Assembly (NCBI GenBank): GCA_965153455.1
Contig: OZ234493.1
Location: forward strand, 14,312,213 to 14,376,212
DNA length: 64,000 bases
Direction of reading: 5' to 3'
Source: Sphagnum compactum
Lineage: Eukaryota
The translations under genes were made by a program, and so were the position numbers. A model generated the notes under the pieces. It did not search any database, was not told the DNA's origin, and saw nothing but the letters and a program-made list of their open reading frames with translations. Below, piece after piece: positions 48,621 through 62,795 of this stretch. Position 1 is the first letter of the stretch; the number at the start of each line of letters is the position of its first letter.

Positions 48621-51600
48621 AATTTTTTTTGTTTTTTAATGTTCTTACAATGACAATTGGTATTAGGAGGTACATATGGAACAACAATTTTGCAATTTGT
48701 TTACAAAATGCAACATATTTTGAACTCATTTTTCAATTTTGTATCTAGTGTTCTTGTGGTTTTTTTGAAATGATCAATTATAAAATGAGAATTGGAGTGG
48801 TAAATTATAAAAAAAACTACACAATTAGTCTCCATAATAACCTATTTGATCAATTTCATTATCTCAAATGTTTCAGTGTTCTCCTTGAAATGAAGATTCA
48901 TCCAATAACAAATATAATTAAACTATTTTACATTTTCTATTATATATAACAAAATTGAAATGTTTCATTTTTTTCCTCAATTTGTGGTCTTTATTGTTCC
49001 CATCTTTCTTCTTGTAAAAATAATTAAGAATAAGGAATATTTTGAAACAACTTTTTTCATTTGTTTGTAAAATCATGATCATAAATTTTTCAATTTTGAT
49101 GAATTTGGATTCAACTATGAATTCATTCATCATTTCTTGTTCAAACTTTTAACCTCAATTTTGGGTGAAATATCTCATACACCTAACCTTAATTACTTAT
49201 AAGGTTATCTTTCTAAGGGTTCCAAATAAGTAGGCATGCATGTATCATTGATTTGTCCGTGATGGCCTTGGGAAAAACAAACATGTACCATAATAAAACA
49301 AGGGTGGGAACACAAAGTTGCAAAACAACAAATTTTTTGAAGATTTACAAAATTGAAAATGATTTCATCAAAATAATAAACAAAAGAAGTTCAAGCTCTA
49401 GGCACTTTTTTAACCAATTTCATCCTCTATTTTTTTTTAATAAAAGGATTTAAACAACTTGGTTAATGACATATTAAGTTGTCATGCACAAAACATTTCA
49501 AATGTGATGAACATGATGTTGAACATTATTTTGAATCAACAAGTACACAAAATCATGCATGAGGAGTCATGCCATTATTACTGAAGCGTAGGTCATGGAA
49601 CAATATGAGTATTTTCATAGTTCACTCAATTGAAATATGAAATTAATTTCAATCAAAATAGATAAAAGGTGAGGAAAAAATAAAAATACAATACATGGCA
49701 TATAATATGAAATTTTCAAAAGGAATTTTTTTTTTAAATGAAAAAAATCATTTGATTATGATTATTATATTAACTTTAGTACAAACATTTGAATGATATT
49801 TCAATTAAATGAAAAAGAATATTATGTCAAAAATAAACCCATTATGTTTTTAATCTACATGTGAAGTTTTAAAACTAAACAATCTAACGATGGAATTTGT
49901 GATTAATAATGGAAAATGTGTTATTCACCTTGGCTAGACATAAGCATTCACATGGTAATTCACAATGAAATCATATTAATTTCCCTTTGTCCTGAATTTG
50001 TTACCTTATTTGCATTTCATATACCACACTTGATTTTACATTGCACCAAGTGTCAAAAATAGGTATAATATTACAAGCTAATTATTTTTATAGTAATATT
50101 TTGAATGTGAATAGGTTATAAATTTAATTTGAGCTTAATATTTGTCATTTTTTTGGCTTGAACATATTTTAATTTAGTTGACTTCACAAACATTGTGAAC
50201 AATGTTTTTTAAATGTTAATAACCAAAGATGAATATTTGGTGTTGTTTGTGTGTGCAAAGATCTTTTTTTTTCTAAAATATGAATAAATAAACCCATAAT
50301 GTGACTTAGAAATAACAAAAACCACAATGTACCATGAAAACAACCAACAAAATCCCAAAACAAAAACATATACTATTTCAATAGCCAAAATATGATGTGT
50401 GTGTGTGCATGTGATTAGACGCCTAATAATTTGTGCATGTCAATATGAATAGTTGTAAATGTCAAGATAATGTTGTTCATCACACAACTTTAACATGAAC
50501 TTGGTGACTGAATTAATTTTTTTAGAGATTAACCACATAAGTGACAACATATTGGACTTGTTATTTATGATCAACATTTTTCAGCATAGTGATATAATAT
50601 TGTAACAATTGTTTTCAACGAGCCCAATTTCAACATATCATAATGCCTTGCCATTGCTTTTATAGTGTTTTGGGAAGACACATTATAAAAAATACTAATT
50701 CCTTCCTAAAGGAAGAGAACTTTTTGTTGATTTTAAAGTTCTTACATGGTAGGTACATATTGAATATTGTAGTTTTTTAAATTAAAAAGCCACAAAACTT
50801 TACATGCAATAAGGATCATGAAAAAAATGACCCAAATTTGCTAAATTTCAAAAAAAAAAACTTTCCAAATCGCCAAATTTGTATGTTAAGTTCCAATAAG
50901 CAGCCAAGAATATAAAAGGATTCTATTATGTTTCTACTTGCATATCTAGTTTGTACCCAAATTTAGCTAAATTATCTTATGGATGATTATTATTTCAACT
51001 ACATCACAAAATTGGAGAAAAAACCCCTAGCTCTAAAGCTTACAACCAATTCATTTCCACACAATAAAACAATGTAAAAGAGTTGTACATGCACCTTTGT
51101 TTAGCATAATCTTAAAACTTTTCAACTAATCATGTATTGCCACATCAACCTATTAAAATTAATCACAATCAATTCAAAAGGGCATTGGGTTCTTACTATC
51201 CCAATTTTATCAAGCAATGATCCAACCACATAACATGCACACTTTCAAAAATCATGAAATAAGGAATAATTTTTTTCAATAATGCAATAAAAAATCAAAA
51301 TCTAATTTTTTGGTAAAGAACGGTTTTTTTAGTATGTTTTTTAAGATAATCATGAAATGAAATATGGGCAACGTAGAAGATCGTTGCAAATATATCATAA
51401 CATTATAACAACAAAATAATTACTAGTAATTATAAATAATTTGGATAAAAATAGGGAATAAATGAACCTCATGGGCTTTAGAAAGAGAATATTTTGACTA
51501 GGGGCATAAGGGTTGATTATGAATAATTTAGATAACTATTTTGGGTTTGTAATAATGGAAGGTCAAGTATGTGGACTTGACCAAATCCTAGACTTCAAAT

Positions 51601-53269
51601 AATGTTAAACCTATTCATAGAAGGATGAAAATTTATAAATGACATTTGATGATTGGTTTGATGCATGGGGAATAGATGCACTTCTTTCCTTCAAATATAT
51701 AAAGGGTAGATATTAGAGCTTTTGGCTCATAATTTGCATTTAGTAATTTCATGTTGTTAGTTGGATCAAAACTTGTAGAAACATCATATGTCAACAGGAG
51801 GCCTTGAAGAAATAAAACGTGGAAATGATTGTGAATACCATTGTGAAAACTTTATAATCTTTTGGTGAATGATCCCATAAAGAAGAATCTTTAGGCGCAT
51901 GTGATGAACTCCCTTGGGGTGTAGTTCTCACATAAAGATTTGATTTTAAGCGGGTGGATGATCCTATCCCAAAAAAATGTAAAGTCTCATGTTGAAAATC
52001 ATATGAACGATGAATACTGCAAGTGTTGTTTTGAAGTATGTTTGATAGTCTCCCTATGTGCTAAAAGGGATTAATCAAAAATTAATCTTCATAGTTCCAA
52101 AACCCCTCATAGGCTATAGTACCTTGCAAAGTTATGGTGAGCACTTTATTAAGTTCTCTTTCCATTGAGAAGCTTCACCTTTAGCTTTGGAAGGTTTAGT
52201 AACTTTCCATTTAAAAAAAAATTCAAAGCTAAAAATGTAGGCTAAGGTTTCAAAATACAAGTCTTATAAATATAATTTACAAAATTGAAGTATTGAAAGT
52301 CAACATTGTTAAGCATCCCTTCAGCAACACTTGTCATATTTTCATTAACACCCACCATACCACACTTCCTTATAAAACATTTGTGAGTTTTATGTTCTTA
52401 ATTTGTTATGTTTCAATGGAAAACATTGAAAGATGCAAATGAAGAATATTCAACTAGGAACTTTTTAATCCTGCACCTATGGAAAGATGCACCTTTCTTT
52501 TTTATCCTTCTATTTAATTTTTTTATATTTGGGTTTCAAAACATTTTAATATGAAAAAAATTTGATCAAAATCAAAGGAAGAAGGACCTCAAAGGTGATG
52601 CCACACAAATTAAACAAAATGAAAAGCAAACAATGGCAAACAATGGATAAATAAAAGTGATAATGAAAAACATGCAAAGGAATAATCATTTGATGGAGTT
52701 TCTAGAATAATCAACCAGAAACAAAAAAAAGCAAAAGTGACATAGAGCTTTCACCTTTTGTGATGCAAAATGCACTAATAAGAGCAAATGATTCAAAAGG
52801 AACAAAAATGACATAGATCTTTTGTTTATTGTGCATTACAAGATTGGCACCCATCATTAATGAAATTAACAAAGTCACACACAAGAAAACATGCACACAC
52901 ATCACCCCCTAGTTGGGGTAAAAGTCCTTGTACACTAGATAACCAAATCATGATCAAATAATACGTAATGTGGTAATTTAATCCATGAAAGGAATTGGTT
53001 TCAAACCAGAGGAGATTAGTAGGTAGGGTGCACAATGTGAGCCCCATCGCTAATTACCTAACTACAATCCCTTATGTTCAACCAAATTACAACTTTCTTT
53101 AAATCATCCACTATTCCAAATAAAAATATGTTCATGTCAGGGTATTGAAGTCTAACACAAAATAACAAAACATGTTTATTTTGTGCATTATGGACACACC
53201 CAATCACCTGTTGAAACCTCCACAAATGGTGATGTAAGACAACCCATATGTCATCCCGTATAACAATGG

Positions 53270-55510
53270 TTAAAAACCAACATGATTGTTGCACCTTGTG
53301 ATGCACCACACAACATTGTTAACTAAGATTAATTATTGTCACTAGTTTACCTTTAATGAAAAAAAATCAAACTTAAATTACTATGGGTAAATCTAGTAAT
53401 TCCAAATTACTAATAGTACGTAGGAGTGTTTCAAAAATACCTTCATTATTTTAGGATAATTTCTAGTGATTCTTCTAGAAAATGGGTAGGTGAAAATTAT
53501 TTTCATTAATTTAGGAGATTTAAAGATTATTTTATCTAGAAGGGGGAGTTGGTAAGTTCACTTTAGAAAATAAGGTGAAAAAATATAGGCAAGGATAAGG
53601 AAAACCCATGTGTATATGGGTGATGGGGAACCTCTTGGAGTGGGGTCCCATTTTCGTTATGTTTGTTGAAAAAATGCTTGAATAACCTGATTTTCTATAG
53701 TTGTTTCAATGTGGAGTGTTCATTCCTTATTATTGCTTCTTTAAATGATTAGAGGGGAAGAAATGATACTTTTGTAAAGGAATCCATAAGTAAGGATAAA
53801 TGGAAGGTTGTGACCCATTTAATTATTATTTTTTGCCTAGGTCATGTAGTATTAACAAAACACATAAGGTTTTCTCATCTCTAGAATGAAAGTAGTTAGT
53901 TTGTGTGATGTAAAATATTTGATGGTTTTGTTTTATTAACTATTTTATTCCCAAAAGGCTATTGGACAATACGTGTAGCTAAAAGGGTAATAATAGTTAT
54001 TTGCACATGGTCATTGGATGGTAACTATAACCATGCAAAAACATTGGTGGAAAAGTTCATGACAATGAAACCAATATGCACATTCCGATACAAGTTGCAA
54101 CAAAGTTGAAAAGATGGGCAAAATAATAACTACCTTCCTATCACAACAATTATTTTCATAAACATTTCCTGTGTTTTTGAAGGGTTTTATTTTATGTTTC
54201 AAAATACTAGTTCTACTTTACATGGTAGTCTCTAGTTTCCATGTCTTATTATATTTTGTGTGTTTTTATACATGACAACTCTCACCTAATGTGTATTTAA
54301 AACTATTGAAACCATCAACATAAATTTGGTGACCATGTTCAAGATTGTTTTGTCCCATGGTCACAACAATTATAAATACACATTAGATGAAGGCTACCAT
54401 GTATAAAAACACATGAAACATAACATATGTACTTGAATATGCTTACTTTCAATTAAAACTATTGTCTAGATAATAAAATGAAATCTTGAACACTACAAAT
54501 ACAAGTAAATAATAAAACAACCACTATTGTAGGAAGATAATTACCATCCTAACAATATTTTCAACTTTGTTATATATTGTCCTAGTGAAAATTATTTGCC
54601 TTCACCAATTGGGTGTTTGTCCCACATTATTGTTGGCCTCCTTGGTTACAACTATTGTCCAAAAAGTAATTGAAAAAACATGACCATAGAGTTATATTAT
54701 GGAAGAACACAGGAAAAAACCTAATATAAAAAGCTAAAACTTCATAAAACCACATGCATAAGATAATTACTATTTTGCAACAACAATTACAAGTTGTTTC
54801 ACCATCTTTGGCTAAGAAAACATACGTGAAATTTGATTTTTTTACATTTTACAATAATTATTGAGTGCTCCAAAAATTCTAGTAAGAACCTTCATGTTCT
54901 TCACAATAATAATTCTCTAGCTGCTTTACATGCATACTAAAACATTTTATAAGTTTTTTTTTTTTCCATTAAACCCACACACATCTATTATTTCACAAGA
55001 ATTGTACAAATTCCTCCCAAAGTTTTTTTTTCAAAACCTCTTTCAACTTCTACCAAACTAAATTAGAAAACATGAACCTCCACACCAAAAATCTAGAGAG
55101 AATAAACCAACCAAAAACATTCTTCACCACCCATATAAACATGGATCGTTTCCTAGATTTTTTCACCTTATCCTTCAAAGCCATTATATCTCAATCTTCT
55201 ATACATATCCCTAGTTAATGGCAAACTTGTGCTAACCACCTCATCCTCGAAAACTAACTAATCCAAGTAACTTTTATTTTTTGATAAATAAAAAATAAAA
55301 AATTCAAACCTACCACTACCAACTAAGAAATTATTAAGAGACCCTTTAAGGTAGTTAGTTAAAAAAATTACCCATTAACAAAAAAATTTATAAAAATTTC
55401 ATTCCAAAATTAATGTTAATTATCCTATCCTAGAAATAATTTTTGATGATAATTATCGTCAATTAACAAACATGCATCACAAAGTTATTGGAACTATGGT
55501 TAATAATAAA
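53270..55510. mobile_element. Degenerate ~2.2-kb fold-back (long inverted-repeat) element centred at ~54340
   Basis: Nested reverse-complement anchors: 54329-37/54356-64, 54286-99/54373-86, 54100-12/54558-70, 53571-84/55157-70, 53296-305/55473-82. Confidence 0.75.
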
Positions 55511-55891
55511 TCCATACGTTCATTCACATGTGAAAGGTGGCGTGTTTTCATGTCATAAAATGCGCTAACAATACAAAAAAATCAACATAAAGCTTTGATT
55601 TTTTATAAGAGTTGTTGATGAAAAATACCAAGCTTTCACCTCTCATGACACGAAAGAACAAAGAACAAAGCTAAAATGTTTGATAGACCTAATAATAACC
55701 CTAAAAGGTGTAAAACAAAATATGAAAAAAGAAAGATCATTATTTTTCTAAAGGAAGGACCCTTTCAAGATTTGAAGCACTTGTCACAAGGTCAATAGTT
55801 AATACCAAAAGTTTAATTCTATTCTTTCGATGACAATGTAAAGTCGTTAGCCAAACACAACTCAACTCTCAATCCTCATTAGATATAACGG

Positions 55892-56305
55892 AAAAGCCAA
55901 TGCACCATTTTACCCAAGTCATGTACGTATACATGTATGTACACATCCTAATACATGGTGTTGTCCTTGGTTCCATTGAAAAAAGCCAATGAATTATGCA
56001 CCATTTTACTCAAGTCGTGTACGTATACTAGTACATAGTATTGTCCTTGGTTCCATAGAATAGCCAATGAATTATGCACCATTTTACCCAAGTCATGTAT
56101 GTATACATGTATGTACACATCCTAATACATGGTGTTGTCCTTGGTTCCATTGAAAAAGCCAATGAATTATGCACCATTTTACTCAAGTCGTGTACGTATA
56201 CTAATACATAGTATTGTCCTTGGTTCCATAGAATAGCCGATGAATTATGCACCATTTTACCCAAGTCATGTATGTATGCTAATACACAGTGTTGTCCTTG
56301 GTTCT
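55892..56305. repeat. Tandem repeat of five related monomers alternating ~96 and ~78 bp (~173-bp dimer)
   Basis: ACCATTTTAC(C/T)CAAGTC occurs at ~55904, 56000, 56078, 56173 and 56251, with alternating C/T variants. Confidence 0.9.
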
Positions 56306-56977
56306 CTAGATCGTGTGTCGGTATATGATTATGTTGATGATGGTAATGTTTCATGCTCGGGTACATAAATTGTACATAAATATATATATATGTAGGAACC
56401 ATGTTCATGTCATGGTACAAATTAATCATCAAATGTTTCTAGCATAATTCACCTATTTTGTTAGGTATCATGTAACATTCCAACATGTGTCATGTACCAA
56501 TGTCATGGTATTACCGTAATAACATAACAAGTTCCGCACTTTGATGCGTAATATCCAATTTGTTTCCTCCTAAGATTCCGGCATAACCCTTAAGAAACTC
56601 GTAAGGTGTGCTCTTTACGTGTTAAGTACAACTTAATAATTTGTCAAAATTCGTAAAAAAAATTTCTCATAATTATTTAGTTCAAAGAATGGATCTGTGT
56701 TTTTTTTTTGTTGCCCTCTTTTTTTCTGATCACAGGTATTTATTTTTATACCCCCAAATTCCGCCCTCACCCTGCCCGTTACGCCGTCGCAATGACTTCC
56801 GTCAAAAGAAAAAGCGATCCGCCGACTCGCCCATTCCGAGCGTAATATGCGTCGTCTCGCTCCTTTCAGAGAAAGAGAAGCGCACAAGCGAGAAGGATCA
56901 GAGTGCTCTTGGGACTTCTTTGCCGGGGAAAGAAGACGAAGACCGACGACGAAGAGCTTCTTTGGCAGTTGCTTACA

Positions 56978-58009
56978 ATGGCGCAGGCAGCATGGAATAA
57001 GCGATGGATCAAGCCTGAGGCAAGCTACTTGAATCTGTTCTCGCTACGATTAATGGTCTTTTTTTCTGTTTTTTGGTTTGTTTTTGGGCTGCTTCCGGAG
57101 CTTTGTTTGGTTTTCCAGTCATGATATAGCAAAGGAAGGAGGGTTTGTCGTCTGACGGTGACTTAGTAATCGTCTTTTTTTTTCCTCCTGTATGCAATAC
57201 GCGTTTTCTTCGGTCTCAGGGGCGGATTTTTGTACTTTCCCCCCCCCAAATCTATTGTGGAGGATTCATTCGGTTTTCGTCGGATCTGGATTCTTAGTTT
57301 GGTTAGAGGAGCTCTTCTTCACCCGGGGGGTGGGGAGCGCAAGGGAGTGGCGTGGATAGTTCTTTTCTTGCTGGAGAAAGATGCAGGATGTTGTTTTTCT
57401 TGTGCACTCTTTGCTTTGAGGAATTGCTTGACGAGCTCAGATTATCACCCTTGCATTTCAGCAACTATTGCAAGGGAGCTGAAGTTTTCTATCACTCAGA
57501 TGTATATATAGACTGTGGACTTATACTGCGGTGCCAAGTCGGTCATGTTGTAACCTTCTTGATGTTCCTGCTGACTATGTGTATGTGGAACAGATTTTCC
57601 CCTTGTTTGCTGCCATGGGAGCAGCTCTTGGCATCTGTGGTTTTGCTATAGCACGCAATATTGCAATCAATCCAGATGTCAGGTCAGTATCGTATCCATC
57701 CCTATCGATGTCTAGTGAGTGCTTTTCAGCTTTGCACTAATTGTTCATAAAGACAACATATTTGTTTGCATTGGTTTAAGACCTCCCATGTTATACCTGC
57801 CAGTTTGAACAACACATACTAACTTGCTGCTGTCTGATTTCTTGTCACATTTCTCTCACAGAATTAGCAAGGAAGACCGAGCAGCTGGTATTCTGGAGAA
57901 CTATAATGAGGGAAAGAGCTACAAAGATCACAGCTTGCGAGAGTATGTGAAAGATTGCAAACCAGAGATCATGCCTGGACTCAACAGATTTTTCAGTGCC
58001 TCGAAGTGA
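56978..58009 (+). CDS. B12D: B12D / NDUFA4-like small mitochondrial membrane protein (exons 56978-57019, 57594-57682, 57862-58009)
   Basis: Spliced product MAQAAWNKRWIKPE|IFPLFAAMGAALGICGFAIARNIAINPDVR|ISKEDRAAGILENYNEGKSYKDHSLREYVKDCKPEIMPGLNRFFSASK matches the plant B12D consensus. Intron 1 has a GC donor. Confidence 0.93.
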
Positions 58010-59426
58010 TTTGTTTTGTGCTGCTATAATTGTCAGTATAGATGTTGTTGGGAGCATCTGAGCTTGGATCTTCCATTCTCTTGTAGAGAGATAGTTTCTT
58101 TTGATGACCACACTGGCTTAGATATTGGATTTGCCTTGAACTATCCTGAGGTCTATTCTCGACGTTGAGCTCACGTGGACTGCAGCTCTTTTGGAATTTG
58201 TTGCTCATGTTGGCAATAAAGCTGTTCTAGTTTATACAAAGTATTCAACAGCATAATGTTTGAGTCTTGTGTATTCTATTCTGCAGTTTCTTAAGGCAGG
58301 CTATTGGGACATGACAAACATGCTGTACTTCATTGACAGAGCATATAAAGCAGATGGATGCTCCAGATATTCTAAGCTTGAGATTGCTCACCAAGAAAAT
58401 ATTTTACTGGTTTGACTTTAATTGTTGCTAGATTTCTCACCAGAAGTTTTAGCTGTGTAATTTACTGGATTGAATGTCCAAAATGAGCTAAACTTCCTGA
58501 AAATTGATATTTGCTTGTATTTTTAGTTTGGGTGTGTTGTCAAAAATTCGTCTTTTAAGATTAGCTTTTACATAGATAGATAGCTAGTGTTTCTCTCTAC
58601 TGAAGATGATGTTTCTTCTCTCATGTTCTTTTGCTCTTCCACAGGCTACCAAGCTGTGCAGGTCACAGAATCAAGAGGACTTTTGATATGTCAGGTAAAT
58701 CTTTTGTAGCTTTGATTGCTGTTATTGCTGGAGAGAACAAAATATTATGTGGGATGATGACATTGAAAATCAATTTGGCACTTTGTTGGACTTTTGTGGG
58801 ACTGCTAACTTTCAACCATGCTGTTGTGAGTTTCTGTTAGGTTAAGACAAAAGCTGTAGCATAATGCCATCTGATGTTACTTGACAGGTAACCTGTTTGT
58901 TGTTACAAACAGATGTCTTTGTGTAAGTAGGAAGGGGGACCAATATATGTGGAGATCAGTGGAGTCAGAACAGTGCAGATCTCTTAAGTTGAATTTTTGG
59001 GGCAACCATTTGTCATTGAGGTACCTCAAAATCTGTGAGGAATTTGGTCTTAAGATGGAGGAGAAGAAGAGCTGAAGAAGAGTTCTGTGTTGGAGACTTT
59101 GTATGTCCTGCAGGATTTGCCAAAATTGGAAATGATAACTTAATGGCTTGCTTAGCCATCACATGTGACAATTACGTAGTATATGAATTTGTGTCTGGGA
59201 GATAATGCACTATGGAAATTGGCAATCCAAATTCTGACAATGAGATGAGTTTCTAAGGTGTGTGGATATGGGGAGTGGGAAGGGTGGTTTGTTTCTGTAA
59301 ACATTGTGTGAAGCATCCATGGAAGGGGATTGATCATATGTGGATAGCAACAGAGGAAGGGAGATGATGGGGAAGGATTTAGATGATAGGTGACGAGAGT
59401 CTCCCATAGCAGGGCAACTGCCTCTG

Positions 59427-61912
59427 ATGGACTCAGACAACCATAAGGGTGTGGCATTGGCTGTGAGTTCTAGCTTCTTCATTGGTGCAAGTTTTATCAT
59501 AAAGAAAAAGGGCCTCAAGCGTGCAGGTGCTTCAGGAGTAAGGGCAGGTGTGTTGTCTCCATCATGACTCTCATTTGTTCTAGGAGAAGTGATCACCAAG
59601 GCTAATGGCTGTCAATTGCTGAAAGGAGAGGCAAAGAGGAGAGTAATAAGGATGTGCTTCTCTGGCGTAATGGTGTGGTGGTAGGTCTTCTAGGGTTGAA
59701 ACAGGTACATCCGCCCTCTAAAGCAATTTTAGTTTCAATTCATACTGCAGATCTGACATTCTGTGATCCATTATCTGTGACAGGAATTGGCGGGCATATA
59801 TACCTGTACGAGCCGCTATGGTGGGCAGGCATGATCACAAGTAAGCACATTGTAGGCATAAATCCTTGTTTGAAATTGCTAGAGCCTAGACATGAGATCA
59901 TCTGGTGATCTGAGCATACTGATGGGCAAAAATGAGATGGCAGTGATTGTAGGTGAGGTGGCCAACTTTGCAGCTTATGCATTTGCTCCAGCTGTTCTTG
60001 TCACACCACTTGGTGCATTGAGCATCATAGTCAGGTATGGCTTGATGTCTTTGATGAAGTTGCCCTTTTGTGAATAACCATGGGTAGAGAGATATCTAGA
60101 GCTATCTAACAAAGGGTCTCTTGGGAAAGACCTGCAGTGCTACACTTGCCCACTTTGTTCTCGAGGAGCGGCTTCATGTCCTGGGGATTGTGGGATGTGT
60201 GCTGTGTATTGTGGGTTCCATCAACATTGTGCTTTATGCTCCACAAGAGCGTGCTATTGTGTCAGTTAAGGATGTCTGGCTTCTTGCCACTGAATCTGGT
60301 AGGTTCTTGTGCTATGTGTGGTTTGATTTCACCAATCAAAGTCAGGGGTGTATAAAGCTTGAATGTTTTGCAGCCAGAGGTGCCAGTGGTGAGGTTCTGA
60401 TTATTTGATGGGTTGGTTTGGAACAGCCTTCTTATTGTATGTAACTGCGGTGGCAGTATCTGTGCTGCTACTCATCTTTTATTATGTGCCTCGATATGGC
60501 CACACTCATATTCTCATCTACCTTGGCATCTGCTCTTTGATGGGCTCTCTATCGGTACCTTCAATGTTTGTCCTTAATTTCTCTCATTCTAAAAATGAAC
60601 CAACTTCATTATCTGCTGCCTCATACACATGGTACTGCTTGCAAATTTTTCAGAACAATTCTATCTTTCTTTAATCCAGTTTTTTTTGTCTAAAATTGCT
60701 GTTGGGTCTGCGATCACAAGACAATGGTAATCCCAGTCTATTACTATGAACACAGAATGAAACCCGGTTGGCTAGATGTTGTTGTGGCCTGACAGGTGAT
60801 GAGTGTCAAAGCATTGGGCATTGCGTTGAAGCTTACATTTCAAGGGCAGAATCAGTTGATTTACCCTCAGACATATTTGTTTGCTTTCGTGGTATGCATA
60901 TGTGTTGTGACACAGATAAATTACTTGAACAGAGTAAGTGGTTCATTCCATCAATTCAGCTTTCAATGTGTGGTCTGATCACCAATTCTGCAGCTAGGCT
61001 ATTACAATATCTAGTGTTGGCTGGTTTTTAGTTTTTTTTAAATACCTGACCAAGCATATTTTTTCATTTTGGCTAATGAGAGAACCTTTGAAAAGGTGGC
61101 AGTAACCCTTCAAAAAGGGTAGAGTGCTGGTGACTATTGTGTATATGGAAGATTTCATCTCATCTCATAAGGGGTTATGAAACACATGCTTGATGTAGGC
61201 ACTTGACACATTTAATACAGCAGTTGTTTCGCCCATATACTATGTCATGTTTACAACACTCACAATTGTGGCAAGTTCTATCATGTTCAAGGTTGGTGGA
61301 ACATCCATTCTGTATTGCATCCTGGAGTCTTAACTTCACTTATCAAATGGATTCCATCAGTCGATTATAACTTCAAAAGAACTCGAATGGAATTGGATTG
61401 TTCTCTCAATGTTGGATGTCCTCTTGCGTTGTAGTATGGAGTTGTTTAGATGCCTAAACTGCAATTTGGACAATGCAGGATTGGTATCAGCAAAGTGCAT
61501 CTGAAATGGTAACTGAGCTTTGTGGGTTTGTGACAATACTGTCGGGTACATTTCTGCTTCATTCAACAAATGCCAACACTGCCAACTCCTCTTCTGGTAT
61601 GACTCATTGTGCATTCTACTTGTCTCTTAAATTACGATGCTGAAAAAAATGTTTGGTAAAAAACTGCAATCTGTAGTAGGTTACAAAAATCATCATTCTT
61701 CACTACAATTGAACCGCTTGATCTAGAATTTCATTTGTTTGAGATGGTGTGGGTGTGATGATGGTGGTGCTGCAGGACACTCTATTGGTGTGTACAGTGG
61801 GCAACCTCCTACCATGGCTCATCGCCTATCAATGTACGGCATACAGCTCAATTCTCCAGAGGAGATGTCAAAGGGTGACCATATTCCTCTCTATCAATAC
61901 GACCCCCATTGA
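59427..61912 (+). CDS. NIPA: NIPA-family probable magnesium transporter (exons 59427-59547, 59784-59840, 59944-60034, 60138-60298, 60427-60554, 60796-60933, 61199-61291, 61479-61596, 61776-61912)
   Basis: [98 protein letters not shown] and [20 protein letters not shown] introns are in phase. Confidence 0.95.
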
Positions 61913-62795
61913 GAGACATCTCACTTTCACCCTTGTTTTTCTCAGTACGCAGGCTTCAGCAATAGAGATTTTTTTGGCAGCAGTTTTGCCTGGATTTCAA
62001 TATGCACATAATTGTGTATACACTCTACATATGTATGCATTCTACAGAACCTTACATGTTCTTGGAAGCAAGGATGAGGGATATCAATTTCGTCATCACT
62101 CCAGAAGTTTGTAGATGTGTGTGTGTTTGTGTTGCATTTTACATAACATTTTTCCATATGTGTGGACAAGCGATGTGTGCAGTAGTTTTTTATACTGGAC
62201 AATTGTAGTCATGTGCGAATTCCAGATTCAATGGTGTTTGTCATTCTTGGTACAATCAAATCAGTTTTTTGGATTCATTTGTTTTCAAATGATGAGACAA
62301 AAAGAAACCATTACGGGCCACATGCGCTTCAGATCCTCTTCATTCTTCTTCCCAGTTCCCAGTTGCTCCACATTTCAATTTGAATGTGGTTTGTTTGGTA
62401 CAGAAGTTCAGATTCGGTGAAACCCTTTCTTTCCTCTGCTTCCAAAATCCTCTTGTTTCTTCTCTCACAAATTCAGCAAAATCCCAATTTGCTTTTTTGG
62501 GTGATTGTTCCAAATTCAGTACTTAGTTGCAAACAGAGAAAGCAAATCTCCCTACATGAAAATTGCATTCTTCCCAACCCACAAATCCAGAACGACAAAA
62601 GAATCCCAAAGATGGATCATCAACGCTTTTAAGGAGAACTGCTGCCATGCATTCATTCATTCAGCCTGTTTGCAGATTTTGGTGTTCATCCATGGAGGCA
62701 CAAGCGGGGCAGATAGATGATGCATTGAAGGTATGGATGATATTCATCTATTGGAGGCAAGGCTAGAAACTCCTGTGTAATCTGGAAGCTCTGGA

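Noticed and set aside
47500..53200. Genes or a Helitron in the AT-rich stretch
   Set aside because: Only short broken frames with no convincing Rep or helicase motifs; left unannotated apart from the SSR and MITE-like copy.
24480..58009. Hypoxia gene cluster (ADH plus B12D)
   Set aside because: The loci are ~30 kb apart with unrelated genes between them and ADH is a pseudogene; there is no evidence of functional clustering.
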